Assembly: GCA_030037735.1 (NCBI GenBank)
Contig: JASHQC010000056.1
Span: forward strand, 1,707 to 65,706
From: Thermoplasmata archaeon
GTDB lineage: Archaea > Thermoplasmatota > Thermoplasmata > Lutacidiplasmatales > UBA184
Direction of reading: 5' to 3'
DNA: 64,000 nucleotides
A program made the translations under genes and the position numbers. The notes under the pieces were generated by a model that saw nothing but the letters and a program-made list of their open reading frames with translations, did not search any database and was not told the DNA's origin. Below, one piece after another: positions 52,672 through 60,460 of this stretch (position 1 is its first letter; every line of letters starts with the position of its first letter).

Positions 52672-53384
52672 GGACTAGGGGCGACGACGGTCATGTTTCC
52701 TTCCATGAATCCGAAGTGCGCCATCGACCACGGATCGCACGGCGCGAGGCAGTTCCAGGTGAACGTGCCAGTGTCGTTGAAGTATGCGAAGAAGGTCACG
52801 CTGGCGCCGATGCCCCCTTCCGGCGAGTCGTTGGCGGAGGGCATCGGCACGTTGAATCCCGCGTAGGGACCGCCCACGAACGAGAACGTGTGCGCCACGA
52901 AGCCGGCGGGGATGGAGTGCACGCAGGGCCCGAGCGCCGTGGGGGTGGAGTTGAGGTAAATGCAGTTCCCGAGCGTCCCGTTGACCATCGTCTGGACGGG
53001 AGTGACCGGGTTCATTCCCGTATCATAATTGATGATCGTGAACTCGAGCAAGGTGTGCGCCGGCACGGTGAAGTTGGCAGGGGCGTACTGGTCCGCCGTG
53101 TTGTTATTGGCCGTGTCGAAAGGATTGTCGATCGTCAGGATCACCCCCTTCGAGGCGGCTCCCGACGTCGAGTGCGAGGGGGCGGAGACGAGCCCCACCG
53201 GAATGCCGGTAACGGTGGCGAAGACGAACCACGAGATGAAGAACGTGACCACTGCGAGCACAATGTAGGGGAGGACTCCTCGACGCGGAGGACTTCCAGG
53301 AGTTCCCGGGGGACCGATGTCCCGGCGCATCTCCCGGTACTTGACTCGAGAGTCGTCCGGTGGTGCCACGGGCTGACCGGACAT
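52668..53384 (-). CDS. membrane-anchored cupredoxin-like copper protein (sulfocyanin/halocyanin-like)
   Basis: N-terminal TM, cupredoxin-like beta-rich body, candidate ligands H (..AHTFSF..) and C-terminal NCLAPCDPWSMAHFGFM (C-x3-C-x6-H-x3-M); immediately upstream of the Rieske/cytochrome b genes. Confidence 0.5.
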   Translation of the reverse strand: MSGQPVAPPDDSRVKYREMRRDIGPPGTPGSPPRRGVLPYIVLAVVTFFISWFVFATVTGIPVGLVSAPSHSTSGAASKGVILTIDNPFDTANNNTADQYAPANFTVPAHTLLEFTIINYDTGMNPVTPVQTMVNGTLGNCIYLNSTPTALGPCVHSIPAGFVAHTFSFVGGPYAGFNVPMPSANDSPEGGIGASVTFFAYFNDTGTFTWNCLAPCDPWSMAHFGFMEGNMTVVAPSP

Positions 53385-53529
53385 GGGAGCTGGACCTGCG
53401 GCGTCTTTCTTACGAGTACTGTTAGTACGAATCCCTCGGCGGTCGCGAGAAGAGCCCGGTGGCCCGGTCCTTTCTCGGAGTTCTAACTCCCCCTGTATAA
53501 GGGCGAGAAATGCTGCTCGCCTTGCGTTA

Positions 53530-54222
53530 ATGCCGTCCCTGTGGGGCTCGCGGGTCGGATCGCTATTGGCCCTTCAGTGGACCCGGTCTTCATTGATGGG
53601 TCGGAGGTACCGCCTGCTGGTCGGGGGGATTGGGCTTGGGTACGCGCTGGGCGCGATGCTCTACAGCGGGATGCTGTACATTCCGGCCCACCCGCTGAAC
53701 ATCCCGATCTTCTTCTACGTCCTACCTAAAGGGCCGGGCGTCCCCGGAACCTACCCTGCGATTCTGGCAGGCGGCCCGTACTTCCAGGTCGACCTTCCCA
53801 TGATCTCCTCGATCCTGATGACACTCACCGCCGCGGGGGTAGGACTCGGAATGGCGCTGGCGGTTCTGCTGGTAGCGCGCCTGCTCCGAGACCGCAAGGC
53901 CGGACTGCTCGCCTCCACCATGGCCCGGTCCGCGATCGGGCTCACGCCGGCCATGATCGCGCTCGTCACATTGGGCGCCTGTTGTTCCACCACCGCTGCG
54001 GCGACGGCGGGGCTGAGCCTAGCGGCTCACTGGGGCGGAGGCGCCGCGAACGCGCTCCTCGGGAATAGCTGGTACCTCGGTGGAATCCAGCTGGGAGTAG
54101 TCTATGCCGCTTTGCTAGCCCAGGAGCATCTGGTGCGGGTCTACGACCTTTTTTCCGGCAGGTCCGCGAGCGATGTTTCCGTTCGGGTCGGAACCGCGCC
54201 CCAGGCAGTTCACAACCCGTAG
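53530..54222 (+). CDS. polytopic membrane protein, hypothetical
   Basis: About 6 TM; ATG 53530 sits about 30 nt downstream of a TATA-like cctgtataaggg (leaderless spacing); the listed ORF is extended upstream. Confidence 0.45.
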   Translation: MPSLWGSRVGSLLALQWTRSSLMGRRYRLLVGGIGLGYALGAMLYSGMLYIPAHPLNIPIFFYVLPKGPGVPGTYPAILAGGPYFQVDLPMISSILMTLTAAGVGLGMALAVLLVARLLRDRKAGLLASTMARSAIGLTPAMIALVTLGACCSTTAAATAGLSLAAHWGGGAANALLGNSWYLGGIQLGVVYAALLAQEHLVRVYDLFSGRSASDVSVRVGTAPQAVHNP

Positions 54223-54423
54223 GGCCGTGGCCTCCCGAACCTGGGGGTGGTGGACCGAAAGAGAGATAGTCCCCGCATTCGAGGACCGAGGACGAGCGTC
54301 CTTGCGATGATCGGGGAGCTCAGCGACCACCGAAGGGAAACCTCTTCACCGAATCCAGACTGCGGCCCGTGGCTGCGGGCGCCGGTCTCTCTCCCGGCCG
54401 AGCTCCAGGCATAGCGGAAAACC

Positions 54424-55899
54424 ATGGCTTCGTCGTCTCCTCGATGGATTCTGTTCATCGTCATCTTGGGAACGCTGATGGCCTCAGTGGACACCACCAT
54501 CGTCCTGCTCGCCTTCCCGACGATTGCGGGAGACCTCCACGCCGGGCTGGCCGCGATCATCTGGGTAATCCTGATCTATCTTCTCCTGACCTCGGTCCTG
54601 ACGACCCAGTTCGGACGCATCGGGGACATGATTGGGCGGAACCGAGCCTACAACTTCGGGTTCGTCGTGTTCACGGTTGGCTCGGCCCTGTGCGGGTTCG
54701 CGGCGTCGGCGACCGACCTGGTAGCGTTCCGGGCCCTGCAGGCCATTGGGGGAGCGTTCCTGATCGCCACGGGAACGGCGCTCATCTCCGAACACTTTCC
54801 GGCGGCCGCGCGGGGCCGCGCGTTCGGATTCACTTCTATGGGGTGGAGCGTGGGCGCCGTCCTCGGGATCGCCCTCGGCGGAGTCCTGACGACGTTCGTC
54901 GGCTGGCGATACATCTTCTTCATCAACATCCCGATCGGCGTTGTGGCCGTAGCGCTCGGCCTGCGGTATTTGTCTCCGAGCCTCCGAAGTCGGGTCCGCC
55001 TTGACCTCGTCGGGATGACCCTCCTGGGAGCCGTGCTGTCGTTCATCGCCTACGGTGCGGTGGATCTCGCCTCGTACGGCGCCGATGCGTGGAATTTGAC
55101 CGAGATGATCGTCGGGGGACTGCTCGTCGTGCCATTTGTCCTATGGGAACGGCTTACGAAATTTCCCGCACTGAACCTGACACTGTTTCGGTCGCGACTG
55201 CTCTCCACCTCGCTCGCGGCCGCGTTCTTTCAGAGCCTCGGCTACCTCTCGGTGATCTTCCTGCTGATCATGTACCTGCAAGGAGTTCGGGGGCTCTCGC
55301 CGCTGGACGCCTCTCTGCTGCTCGTGCCTGGTTACGTCCTCTCCGCGTCGCTCTCTCCCCTCGCCGGACGGTGGGCGGACCGCTGGGGGGCGTGGCGCTT
55401 CGCGACCGGCGGAATCGGGCTCATGATCGCGGGGGTTCTCCTCTACGGTCAGCTCGCGGTGGGATCGCCGCTCGTCGCGATCGCGCTCATCACCCTCGTC
55501 ACCGGAATTGGGGGGGCGCTGTTTTGGCCGTCCAATAACAAGGCGGTAATGGCCGACGCTCCGCCCGACCAGTATGGTTCGGTCTCGGGGCTGCTCCGGA
55601 CCCTTACGAACCTAGGCACGATTGGGAGCTACACTCTCGTGATTACGATCGCCGCCGCCGTGGTGCCTCGGTACGTCGCGTTCCAGGTCTTTGTCGCCGG
55701 GCGAGGTTTGATCGGGAACGTGTCGATCTCATTCCTTGGGGCCCTGCACGACGCGTTCTATGTCATGGCGCTCGTGCTGCTGGCCGCGGCGTTCTTCTCC
55801 ATCCTCCGGCGACCGAGGCCGGTCGATGTCGGCCGGCGGTCGGACTCGCGGGTTGGTCCCCCGTCGGTTCCCGACCCCATCCCACCGGCTTCGAAGTAG
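54424..55899 (+). CDS. MFS transporter, DHA2 (EmrB/QacA-like, 14 TM) family
   Basis: 491 aa with the MFS motif A region (..GRIGDMIGRNRAY..) and 14 predicted TMs. Confidence 0.75.
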   Translation: MASSSPRWILFIVILGTLMASVDTTIVLLAFPTIAGDLHAGLAAIIWVILIYLLLTSVLTTQFGRIGDMIGRNRAYNFGFVVFTVGSALCGFAASATDLVAFRALQAIGGAFLIATGTALISEHFPAAARGRAFGFTSMGWSVGAVLGIALGGVLTTFVGWRYIFFINIPIGVVAVALGLRYLSPSLRSRVRLDLVGMTLLGAVLSFIAYGAVDLASYGADAWNLTEMIVGGLLVVPFVLWERLTKFPALNLTLFRSRLLSTSLAAAFFQSLGYLSVIFLLIMYLQGVRGLSPLDASLLLVPGYVLSASLSPLAGRWADRWGAWRFATGGIGLMIAGVLLYGQLAVGSPLVAIALITLVTGIGGALFWPSNNKAVMADAPPDQYGSVSGLLRTLTNLGTIGSYTLVITIAAAVVPRYVAFQVFVAGRGLIGNVSISFLGALHDAFYVMALVLLAAAFFSILRRPRPVDVGRRSDSRVGPPSVPDPIPPASK

Positions 55900-55942
55900 A
55901 CCGGGTGCCGGCTCGCCGACCGCTGACGATGGGGATCTTCAC

Positions 55943-56767
55943 TTATGTGGAGAAACTGTCAGCCAGAAACCGCGTCACGCGACTCCAGGCATCTTTAGCG
56001 CTCTCGGGATGGTGAGTGGGCCGCGTATCGTTGAAGAACGCGTGCCGAGCTCCCGGGTACACGTGATACTCGAACTGTTTCCCCGCTGCCTTCATCGCTT
56101 CGGCGAAGGCCGGGACCGTTTGCGTGATCCCCGGGTCCTCGCTCCCGTAGAGCCCGAGCATCCGGGCCTGGATCTTAGGAATGTCCTCGGCGGGAGGATT
56201 CTGGCCATAGAACACGACCGCCGTCCGCAGCGCGGGGTCGACGGCTGCCAGCCGCGCGGACATGGCGCCGCCGAAGCAGAAGCCCACCGATCCCACCCGG
56301 TGCGGATCCACCTCGGGAAGCGATCGCACGTACTGCGCCACTCCGTAGAGGTCCCGCGCGAATCCCGCTTGTACCTGGGGCTGACCGATTTTTCCGAACG
56401 CGGCGAGGATCGGCCGACGCTCGGGTGGCTGGCTGGCGGCGAACGCCGCCATTTTGGAGGGATCGCGGCGAAGGTCAGGGGGCGCCTGGGAGAAAGCCTG
56501 CATGGCCAACGCCACATTCGCCGGCGTCAGCAGCGAATGAAGCTCGCCCGTAAACAAGTCGGGCGCCGCGGCGACGTATCCCAGACCGGCGAACCGCCGG
56601 CTCACGTCTCGGATGTGGGCATCGGGACCGAAGATCTCGTGGATGACAATCACTGCCGGACGCCGGCCCTGGAATTTCGCCGTGTCGGGGAACGCAAGAT
56701 AGCAATCGAGCGAACGGCCCTCAACTGATACCGAGATTTCTCGCTCCGTCGTCATGGTTCGGCCCAA
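55943..56767 (-). CDS. dienelactone hydrolase family alpha/beta hydrolase
   Basis: ..AVIVIHEIFG.., nucleophile elbow GFCFGG, and a C-terminal His. Confidence 0.7.
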   Translation of the reverse strand: MGRTMTTEREISVSVEGRSLDCYLAFPDTAKFQGRRPAVIVIHEIFGPDAHIRDVSRRFAGLGYVAAAPDLFTGELHSLLTPANVALAMQAFSQAPPDLRRDPSKMAAFAASQPPERRPILAAFGKIGQPQVQAGFARDLYGVAQYVRSLPEVDPHRVGSVGFCFGGAMSARLAAVDPALRTAVVFYGQNPPAEDIPKIQARMLGLYGSEDPGITQTVPAFAEAMKAAGKQFEYHVYPGARHAFFNDTRPTHHPESAKDAWSRVTRFLADSFST

Positions 56768-56856
56768 TCCGAGACCTCACGGGCAGATGACCCGTTCGAT
56801 TTCGTGCACCCCACCAGGCAACGGTCACCCGCGAGGCGGGTCCGGCACCGCCATGC

Positions 56857-57348
56857 CTAGCCCGATTCGTGTGGGCGCACCACGAGAACAGCGACGTGAG
56901 CGTGGTGAACGACGGCGTCCGACACGCTACCCAGAAGGAGTCGGGGCGCGGCCGAGCGGCCCCGGGAACCCATCACGATCAGGTCGGCGTGCTCGAGCTC
57001 CGCGTACGTGAGGACGCCTTCCGCCGGATGGTCTTGCAGAAGCTCCCCTCGAACGTCGGAAACACCTCGTTCTTTGGCCGTCCGGACCGCTTGGAGCAGA
57101 AGTTCGTTGAGCGCCCTCTTTTCGATAGGCTCACCCGGTTCCCGGGGGGCCGCCGGCCCCAGCACCGGTCCACTGACCGTCGCGGCCATCAGGGGGCCGG
57201 CGGTCCAAACGACAGGGGGCTGGTAGACCGCAACGATGCTGAGACGGGATGACCACGTGCGCGCCATGTCGATGGCCCGGTCCAATGCTTCCTGGGCCTG
57301 CGTAGAGCCATCGTACGCGACCAAGATATGGCGGAACGGTTCGCTCAT
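56857..57348 (-). CDS. universal stress protein (UspA family)
   Basis: HILVAYDGS.. and the C-terminal VMGSRG..GSVSD ATP-binding motif. Confidence 0.75.
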   Translation of the reverse strand: MSEPFRHILVAYDGSTQAQEALDRAIDMARTWSSRLSIVAVYQPPVVWTAGPLMAATVSGPVLGPAAPREPGEPIEKRALNELLLQAVRTAKERGVSDVRGELLQDHPAEGVLTYAELEHADLIVMGSRGRSAAPRLLLGSVSDAVVHHAHVAVLVVRPHESG

Positions 57349-57518
57349 CTTCCCTCGCCGGATAACCTATCGTTCGATGCGGAAGCCATGCCGGAACTTG
57401 ACGTTCCCCCTACGGTCGTGCCGCCCCCCTTGACGCGTGCCGCGATTTTCCAACGCGAGGACGTGCCGCCCCTTGAATCGCCCCCGAAGGTAACCGCGGA
57501 ACCAACGAAGACCGGCAG

Positions 57519-58904
57519 ATGAGCGACGAGGCCTCTGCCCGTGGGGCCAATGACGCGGCAGTTACTCCAGGGACCGATCTCCTCGCGCGACTCGACCGAA
57601 TCCCGGAGTGGTCCCTGCCGTACTCGTTCCTGGCGATCGTCGGCCTCGGCTACTTCTTCGTCTTCTACGACATCACCGACATCGGCTTCGGTCTACCGGC
57701 AATCGCAGTACAGTTCCACTTGACGGGCAGCGAGAGCCTCTTCGTATCGCTCGCCGTCGGGCTCATCGGGTACGTCCTCGGGTCATTCATCATCGGCACG
57801 TTCGCCGACCGATATGGTCGCCTGCGAATGCTGCTGGTCGCGTTCGCTCTGATCGCCCTCGGGTCGTTCGGGGACGCCCTGGCGACGAACCTTCTCACGC
57901 TGTCCCTCTGGCGGTTCGTGACAGGGATGGGAGTCGGCGCGGGACTCAACCTCGTTTCGACCTACCTGAGTGAGCTCTCCCCGGCCGCGCGGCGGGGGCG
58001 GATCACCGTCTTCACGTTCCTGATCGGAATTCTCGGCCAAGCGGTCACGCCGTTCGTTGCGCTCGCGCTCGTGCCGACATTCGAGATCGGCTGGCGGTTG
58101 CTTTTCGTCGTCGGGGGGGCCGTCGCCGCCGTGGGGGTGGGCTTGCAGAGCCGCTTGCCGGAATCCCCGCGCTGGCTCGTGATGCATGAACGGTTCGATG
58201 AGGCCGAACGGACGGTCGAGAAAATGGAGTCGGTCGCCCGGTCGCGCGGGGAGGCTCTGCCTCCACCTCGCCCGTCCGAGGTCAGCCGCGAGCGAGGTCG
58301 ATTCCCCACCCGCTACCTCTTCCGCCGGCCGTACTCCTACCGCCTGGCGTTGTTTGTCGTGCTGTGGTTCCTGTGGTACATCGGGAACTACGCGTTTCTT
58401 GGAGACGCCGCTGCTCTGTACGCTGATCATGGCCTCGGGATCGGCAGCTCGATTCTCTATCTCGCCGTCGGGGCCGTGGGCTACCCGGTGGGCGCGATCC
58501 TGATGCTGATGACCGCGGACCGAGTCGAGAGACAACGCCTCATCGTCACGGCGACCGGGGTCTGGTTCCTCGGGATGCTGCTGATCGGGACGCTGGCCTC
58601 CGGAGCGGTAATTACCGCGGGGTCATTCCTGGCGTCTCTGGCGCTCGGGATGTACCTGCAGGTCGCCTACACCTACACCGCGGAAAGTTTCCCGACGCGG
58701 GCACGGACCTCGGGATTTGCCTTGAGCGACGGGCTCGGGCATCTCGGCGGCGTGGTCGGCGCGCTCGGTCTACCCGCGCTTATCGTCGCCACCTCGTTCT
58801 TTCTCGGTTTCGCGACGATTGGGTTCACGGGCCTCGCGGCCGGGATCATCGCGTTGCTCGGCCCTCACGCCACCGGCCAGCCGCTCGAACGCGTGTCAGC
58901 CTGA
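57519..58904 (+). CDS. MFS transporter (12 TM, metabolite/sugar porter-like)
   Basis: 461 aa with an MFS motif (..GTFADRYGRLRML..) and a two-fold repeat of 6 TMs. Confidence 0.7.
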   Translation: MSDEASARGANDAAVTPGTDLLARLDRIPEWSLPYSFLAIVGLGYFFVFYDITDIGFGLPAIAVQFHLTGSESLFVSLAVGLIGYVLGSFIIGTFADRYGRLRMLLVAFALIALGSFGDALATNLLTLSLWRFVTGMGVGAGLNLVSTYLSELSPAARRGRITVFTFLIGILGQAVTPFVALALVPTFEIGWRLLFVVGGAVAAVGVGLQSRLPESPRWLVMHERFDEAERTVEKMESVARSRGEALPPPRPSEVSRERGRFPTRYLFRRPYSYRLALFVVLWFLWYIGNYAFLGDAAALYADHGLGIGSSILYLAVGAVGYPVGAILMLMTADRVERQRLIVTATGVWFLGMLLIGTLASGAVITAGSFLASLALGMYLQVAYTYTAESFPTRARTSGFALSDGLGHLGGVVGALGLPALIVATSFFLGFATIGFTGLAAGIIALLGPHATGQPLERVSA

Positions 58905-59107
58905 GGCGGCCAGGTCAAATGCGCCCGGGATAAACGTGGCCACGGTCATCTGTTCAGCCCAGGGCGCGTATCGGCAGGCAACAGGGTTGGGGATTCGGGG
59001 AAGACCAGCTCCGGGAGGGAATTGCCGGGACATTCGATTCCCCTCCGGCCGCCGGGTGCCGCGGGTTGCCCTCACCCAATCGAGGATGTACAAATTAATG
59101 GAATGCG

Positions 59108-59115
59108 TATAAATA
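59108..59115 (+). promoter_or_regulatory. strong TATA box (tataaata) in an AT-rich 35-nt island
   Basis: caaattaatggaatgcgtataaatacacattc is the most AT-rich spot in the window; a GTG/ATG of a small ORF follows 30-45 nt downstream. Confidence 0.45.
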
Positions 59116-59143
59116 CACATTCTCCCGCTAACTGAGCCCACTG

Positions 59144-59386
59144 GTGGGTGGAGCGATGGGGATCACGGTCTGCCGAATCCGTGCCGCGTCGACTACGATT
59201 AGTTTCGGGGACGGCGTGGAGCTGACGATCCCACGGAGGTACGGCGAACCCCCGGAGAAGACCGCGAGCTCTGTGGCTCGCCTCTTGGTGGTGGATCGGT
59301 TCGATTATGCGCTGGCCCTCTGTCTCGAGGGCCCACGGCTTGGTCAGGCCAATTTCTTGCCCCCGCCGCCCGCCGCTCCCAACTAA
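59144..59386 (+). CDS. small hypothetical protein (possibly AbrB/SpoVT-like swapped-hairpin)
   Basis: 80-aa ORF directly downstream of the TATA box; weak G..v.IPrr resemblance (TISFGDGVELTIPRRY). Confidence 0.3.
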   Translation: MGGAMGITVCRIRAASTTISFGDGVELTIPRRYGEPPEKTASSVARLLVVDRFDYALALCLEGPRLGQANFLPPPPAAPN

Positions 59387-59499
59387 TGTTGTAGCTCGAC
59401 TTTTGTACCCGGCCGCGGCCACTCCTCCCCCCCCGCCGCGTGGAGGGGGCTGACCGGGACCAAGAACACTTGCCGCAACATCCGGATCGAAATTTGATC

Positions 59500-59518
59500 A
59501 CAGTTCCCACGGAACTGT
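59500..59518. other. perfect 8-bp stem / 3-nt loop hairpin (acagttcc-cac-ggaactgt)
   Basis: Read directly from the sequence, in ORF-poor DNA. Confidence 0.5.
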
Positions 59519-59585
59519 CTACAAGCAGGCTCACCTGAGTCGCAACGATCTCCACGTTACTGGAAGGCGCACACCGGCCAGAAAA

Positions 59586-59670
59586 GCCAGCCATGGGAGG
59601 GATGTGGGCTAAGGGTTCAAAGCCTTGCGAGAGAGAGCGCAAGAACCCGGCGAGGGAACCCCGACATAGG
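59586..59670 (+). repeat. copy 1 of ~80-nt repeated element with tRNA T-arm-like core (gggagggatgtgggctaagggttcaaagcc)
   Basis: Shares the gggagggatgtg-NNN-ctaagggttcaaa block with copy 3 (25/28 nt) and flanking ccagcc / gcgag / ga(a)ccc..gaggg motifs with copies 2 and 3. Confidence 0.55.
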
Positions 59671-59704
59671 CTGAGCGAGGAAGACAGCCAAACCGGAGGG
59701 CGAA

Positions 59705-60055
59705 TCAGGTTAGGTTTCGTCGTGTCCCGCTTCGAGCCGCAATTGCCTTCCGCAGTCGCCGAAGTTTGTCGTAGAACTCGGGGAGTCGGAAACCGAATGC
59801 GATGAAAACCAGGGTCTCGCCGCGTCGGAAGTAAACTCCTCTCCAGAGATCGCCGACGTGGAGCGAATATAGACCTTCTGCCGCCACCCGCTGTCGCTGC
59901 CTCAGCTCTTCGCAGAACCATTCGGGTCCGTGGGCAATCGGCGAATCTCCGGCGGCGATCTCTCGGAACGCCGAGATAAACACCTCGCGGACTTCGGGGG
60001 GCAGGGCGAGAAACTCTGTGTCCGCTTCCTCGATAGTTGCGAGCCGGAACGGCAC
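59705..60055 (-). CDS. RelE/ParE-superfamily (Gp49/HigB-like) toxin candidate
   Basis: C-terminal ..YSLHVGDLWRGVYFRRGETLVFIAFGFR..EFY resembles RelE-fold toxins. Probable GTG start at 60053-60055, 7 nt after the upstream RHH gene stop; an alternative ATG at 60139 would overlap. Confidence 0.4.
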   Translation of the reverse strand: MPFRLATIEEADTEFLALPPEVREVFISAFREIAAGDSPIAHGPEWFCEELRQRQRVAAEGLYSLHVGDLWRGVYFRRGETLVFIAFGFRLPEFYDKLRRLRKAIAARSGTRRNLT

Positions 60056-60062
60056 GGAACCC

Positions 60063-60287
60063 TCAATAGGGCTGCTTTCGGCTGCGGGCGATGAGCTCGT
60101 CGATGGGATGCGGCTTGCCTTCCCGGATCCGCCGGGCAAGTTCGGCCATCGTGAGCTGCGTAGGGTGGGCGATCAAGAGACCGCGAATCACATCGTCGTA
60201 GGTGGCGCCCCCGGTCTTGAGGCTCTCCAGGAGTTGCCGGGTCTCCTGAGAAACAGTAATCGTTGTAGCCGCCATGGCACAATCCAA
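60063..60287 (-). CDS. ribbon-helix-helix (CopG/ParD-like) antitoxin candidate
   Basis: ..TTITVSQETRQLLESLK..DDVIRGLLIAH gives a beta-strand then two helices; the C-terminal tail PTQLTMAELARRIREGKPHPIDELIARSRKQPY is typical of toxin-neutralising segments. Confidence 0.45.
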   Translation of the reverse strand: MDCAMAATTITVSQETRQLLESLKTGGATYDDVIRGLLIAHPTQLTMAELARRIREGKPHPIDELIARSRKQPY

Positions 60288-60460
60288 TTGGGTTCATGAA
60301 CCTAGGTCAATTAAGACTATTGGTAAAGCCGAGTCTCTTGCCCCGTCGGACGCAGCATTGGAAGCCGCGGTAGGGAATCGGTGAAAAGTTCGATTCCCGA
60401 CCCCGTCGCCGGTTATCACGGGGGAGGTAGGGATTGGGGTTTGACTGCATCCCGCTGAGT

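Noticed and set aside
58905-59704. RNase P RNA in the ORF-poor region
   Set aside because: No GGAAAGTCCGGGC-type P4 sequence found by eye. A weak resemblance to an SRP helix-8 segment (ccggccagaaaagccagcc) is not convincing and is left as a scan suggestion only.
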